A stretch of DNA of 64,000 nucleotides, from assembly GCA_963693365.1 (NCBI GenBank), contig CAVNZM010000001.1:7890907-7954906 (forward strand), written 5' to 3'. The position numbers and the translations under genes are program-made. Positions 59,994 to 64,000 of this stretch are shown piece after piece (within the stretch, counting starts at the first letter, position 1; every line of letters begins with the position of its first letter). This stretch comes from Amoebidium appalachense. Taxonomy: Eukaryota; Protista; Ichthyosporea. The notes beneath the pieces are model-generated. The model saw only the letters and a list, made by a program, of their open reading frames with translations, ran no database searches and was not told the DNA's origin.

Positions 59994-62195
59994 ATGGACA
60001 CTTCCAATACGCAGGGACCGGCGTCTCTTCCCGCCGGGTTTTCCCGCGGCGCAGCAACCAAGAGACTCGTAAATAGCACCGACAACCTGGTTGGCCGACA
60101 TCCAGAAAACCCCAACAGCGCTACAAGCGGAATTGTTGCCATTCCAGAGGAAAGCCCACCCCTCCGCAGTCACAAATCGTTCATTTTTGACGAGGAACCG
60201 GGAAATGAGGCAGCCCCTCTTGTGCGCCATCGCTCCATACGTTCTAGGACAAGCTCCCACACGAAGCATCTTGAGGAGAATGAGCAGTCGTTTTCTGTGC
60301 GTATGCGCAACCACTGGAACATAAACCCTCTCTACTTTCGGTGCGGTATTCTTCTCGCCGTGCGCATGTTCGAGCGTCTCGCCTACTACACTCTCAACAC
60401 CAGCCAGAGAAACGTGCTCACTCGCATGGGTTTCACAAATGCACACGCCGCATCCCTCACCGCCTCCTTCCGCGTTTTGGTCAACCTAACGCCCATTTTT
60501 GGCGGTTGGTTGGCCGATTCAAGCACGGGCCGGTTCGCTGCGGTTTCAGTTTTCCTTCTGATATATCTCGTCGGGACGGCAATAGCGGCTGTCTCGGTAT
60601 ATCCTGCGTTCATGGAAAATTCGCACGAGGGGTCCATAGTCCTGTACCTGTCGGCCGTCATGCTCTTCGTCACGGCTGGCTCGGGGGGGTCTAGCAGCGA
60701 AGTTGGCCGCTTTTGGGGGGGACCAATTCGACTTGGATGACCCACAGGCGCTGAAGGGCCAGCAGAAGTTTTTCGCTTACTTTCTGTTTGCAGAGAATGC
60801 CGGTGCGCTTTTTGGCGAGGGGTACCTCATCACTCTGGCGACTAATGGTGAACCCCCTTTGTTTCCAAAGGAATATGGGTTTTTCGCTGCGTACAACATT
60901 TCGGCCATCGCTGTCCTGCTGGCTGTGATTCTGTTTTTCCTCGGTTCGACGGTTTTCGTCAAGTGCCCTCCGGAAGGGGACGCGCTCCAGGGTCTGTTTT
61001 ACTATTTATGGGAAGGTGCCAAAAAAGGCAAGAAGGGGAAGATTGCAGTCGCGGGTTGGTGCGCTGTCGCCGCGTTCATTGTCGCCACCGTGTCGGTTTC
61101 ATTCATCACCGATCAGACGTATGCGAAACCGCTGTCATGGGCGTGCATCGTTTTGGCGGTTTTGGCGTGTGGTACTTTGACGCTCGTCCACGTGACAAAC
61201 GACTACCTCGACGGCGTCCCCGAACATCCTCAGTCATTTCTTTCCCTCGAAGAAGCAAAAGCCACCCTCGATACTGTCCCCGTCCTCCTATTGGCCAATC
61301 TGGCGTTCTCCCTCTGCTACAACGCCACGGAGAGCCCTTTCGAATCGCAGGCGTGCCAGATGGACCTGCGCCTCGCGGGGTCCGAACGGCAAATCAACGG
61401 GGGGTTTTTCCACGTCGCGGACTGTTTGAGCATCATGGTGTTTGTTCCGTTTTTGGAGCTTTGGTTCTTCCCATTGCTCGAACGATGCTGCAATCGGCCG
61501 ATAAAGGGCAAGCAGCGCCTGCTGTCGGGAATTACCGTGATGGTTATGGCCATGGGGGCGGCGGCGGTGATTGAAATTATGCGACGAAAAGCCCCCATAC
61601 TTTCGGACGAGCCGGACTCGAATTGCACCCCCCCGGGGGTGAAAAATGAGCGACATTAGCTCGTGGTGGATGCTTTTCCCGTACATGCTCTCGGGTCTTT
61701 CCGAGGTGTTATTCCGTCCATTCATGTATTTCTTCAGTTACGACCAGACCCCACCCCGCGCACGCAGCGTGTCGCAAGCGTTCAATTTACTCGCCCAAGG
61801 GGCGTTATCCAATGGAATCACGTCGTGCCTGATCACCGCCCTCTCTGATTTCTACCCCCGAAAATTTAAACGAGGGAAGGCTTGAAATCTTCGAGTTGCT
61901 CCCAGCGACGTTTGCCGTCCTTTGCGTTCCTACGATTCTCTACGTGTGTTCGCGGTTTATACCCAAGGCCCATGAGGAAGACATATGTACGATTGGGAGT
62001 TTGGACGATTTAAGGCCCGTGAGACATATGAGCGTGGCCCGAATCGCGCCCGCGGCTGTTGTTAGGGGGATAGTTTTACCGCGTACCAACATGCCGATAC
62101 CGATCGAGGGGGCGAGGGTGTGCACAGAGTGCGGGCTGGTCGGGAACCCGAACTGTGCGTGCAGGTCGGGAATGCATTGGTATGGCACCGTGTAG
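59994..62195 (+). CDS. Proton-dependent oligopeptide transporter (POT/PTR/NPF, MFS), intronless; split by three +1 homopolymer frameshifts
   Basis: Motifs FERLAYY, TPIFGGWLADSSTGRF, GSGG...AAFGGDQFD, QACQMD, MSDISSWWMLFPY, FSYDQTP and NLNEGRLEIF. Removing one G (60683-60689), one A (61642-61646) and one C (61855-61859) joins ORFs 59994, 60703, 61646 and 61896 into one frame. Confidence 0.9.
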
Positions 62196-62382
62196 GTGGT
62201 GCAATACGTACTTTGTTGTAATAGTGCGTTGTTTGGGATGTTTGTTTGTTTGTTTTCTTATATGTGTGTGTGTGTGTGTGTGTGTGTGGTTAGGTAGGTG
62301 ATGTTGGGGTGGGTGGGTGGGTGGGTTGTTGTTGTTTTTTTTTTTTGTTTTTGTATTTTTTGGGTGGTGGTGGTGGTTGGGT

Positions 62383-62431
<49 letters not shown>

Positions 62432-62619
62432 GCCAAGGAGGCTTAGTGCTTTATATGTGGTTACGTCAGAACCTCTCTGGGCATAGGCTAGAGTTTTTCC
62501 TTGCATTGTGTGAATCGACCGATTTTTCTTACTCGTCCGGAGATCATTCTTGGCAAAGCTCCTGGTTTTCTCTTTTCGTAATACCTCTTCTCTTTTTGGT
62601 TACCCCCGGAGGGGAAGGA

Positions 62620-62657
<38 letters not shown>

Positions 62658-62660
62658 CTA

Positions 62661-62738
<78 letters not shown>

Positions 62739-64000
62739 CACACAAAACACGGTAGGTGGACTTCTTTACAGTTTTTTTTTTAAATTTGTTTATTTGTTTT
62801 TTAACATGTTTTCTGCCTATTAGCATTTTGGGGCTGTCTAGCATTAGCTCAGCATTCACCATTAAGATCTCGGAAGGCTTTCCTTTGATTTTCACACTCG
62901 AAACTTAGTAACAGTCTTCCCCTGTATCCGGGGTGGATTTGGTATTTTGACTTTTGAACACAATTAGATTATAATAATGTTAAGTCCGGCAATTTAGTTT
63001 ATTTCGTAGTGGCTTATCCGACGCGTGGACACACACACAACCACACACACACTTTGTTTGTTTGTTTGTGCGCGTGTTCTGCGGATTAGTCTTATGCTAA
63101 TCTGGCATTAGCTTTTATTCACCATAAAGACCTGCAAGGCATTTCCTAGGTTTTCACAACTAGTACTGTATACATTCCAAAATCAAGAGTGCTTTCGCTT
63201 ACAGCCTTTGTTTCCCATTTGCCCTGGTCCTCCGACCTCGAACATACTTCGCAGAATTTGAACATGTACAAATAATTAATTTGGTTCCTTCTAATTAATG
63301 CATTGATTTCATTTCCCTTTGCGATAATAAAAAGTCCATTTTTTTCATGGGCACGCTTATAATCTGACTTTCTTTTTTCCCGTGTATCTTTATTTTTGCC
63401 ATGGACGTCTCTTCTATAATATGCATGATACATGCGCATGCAATCGAAATCCCACGACACCCCGTCTGACTTTTCCTCCCCCCCCCCCCCCCCCCTCCCG
63501 CCCGCCCGCCCGCCCGCCCGCCGCCCTCCCTAGGCTCACCCCACCTGGCTTCTCCTCCTTTTAAAATCAGGTGCACATGCACCTGTCACTTGCTTTTCAT
63601 TTAAGTATCTAGGTACCTCCCTCTACGCTAGTATTAGGCGGGCTGGTGTGAATCGGTACAGGAACTACGTGATCATGATCATAGTCTGTGAACATTTTGT
63701 TGTAACATTCACTCAAGTTACCCCCCCCCCCCCCCCCCCCCGCTTTTGATTACATACGGTATGTGCATGAGTGCTGTTTTCCGGCTGCTTCTCTGACATA
63801 CCAGAAGCTATGTCGCAGCGCTAGCAAAATACCAAATAAAGGCCTATTATGTAGGAAGTCGGCTCACTCCTTGAAGACCAACCTTAAGTCAAACGAAAGC
63901 TTTATTTATGCTTTCTGGGCAATACAACACGTGTTCCAGTCGAAAGGGCTTGACTACGTTTGTTGTGATGCATATGAACCATAATACAAGGATTAAGTAC

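Noticed and set aside
60683-61859. Programmed frameshifting in the POT gene
   Set aside because: Three independent +1 events, all in homopolymers, are more simply explained by sequencing or assembly error; no stimulatory structures are evident.
62428-64000. Possible - strand gene fragments at the window end, and similar islands at 45780-46140 and 47190-47577
   Set aside because: Insufficient evidence for frame, strand or product.

Overview
Eukaryotic genomic DNA, extremely rich in microsatellites: poly-C/poly-G, (CA)n/(GT)n, (GA)n and (TA)n. Most ORF-track entries are repeat artefacts. The taxon cannot be fixed from sequence alone; an intron-rich unicellular opisthokont is a guess. Genes reconstructed by hand: (1) an intronless HSP20 (-) with TATA, CCAAT and a perfect heat-shock element; (2) a 19-exon CENP-I/Mis6 kinetochore gene (+, ~9.5-23.5 kb) with 3 GC-AG introns; (3) a tandem family of secreted Thr-rich (TxT) proteins, with 2 intact copies, 1 frameshifted copy and 1 fragment sharing a CCAAT/TATA promoter; (4) a secreted dibasic-site peptide precursor whose repeat pattern continues past its TAG, plus a partly inverted pseudo-fragment; (5) an 8-exon EXD3/MUT-7-like DEDDy exonuclease (+, 49.3-56.6 kb); (6) an intronless POT/PTR transporter with three +1 homopolymer frameshifts. 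Mobile and repeat DNA: a young Copia-type TRIM, two MITE/foldback elements, a 5'-truncated LINE, a ~220-bp poly(T)-ended retroposon-like element with a 10-bp TSD, a ~115-bp sense-oriented intronic repeat that coincides with splice signals, long hairpins, and a composite tandem array in which one module flips orientation between poly-C and poly-G tracts. The most unusual signals are the splicing architecture ((CA)n-CAG acceptors with no pyrimidine tract, GC donors, an Introner-like repeat), the homopolymer-bounded inversions, and the two secreted-protein systems. All exon structures and homologies were read by eye and need HMM and RNA-seq confirmation.
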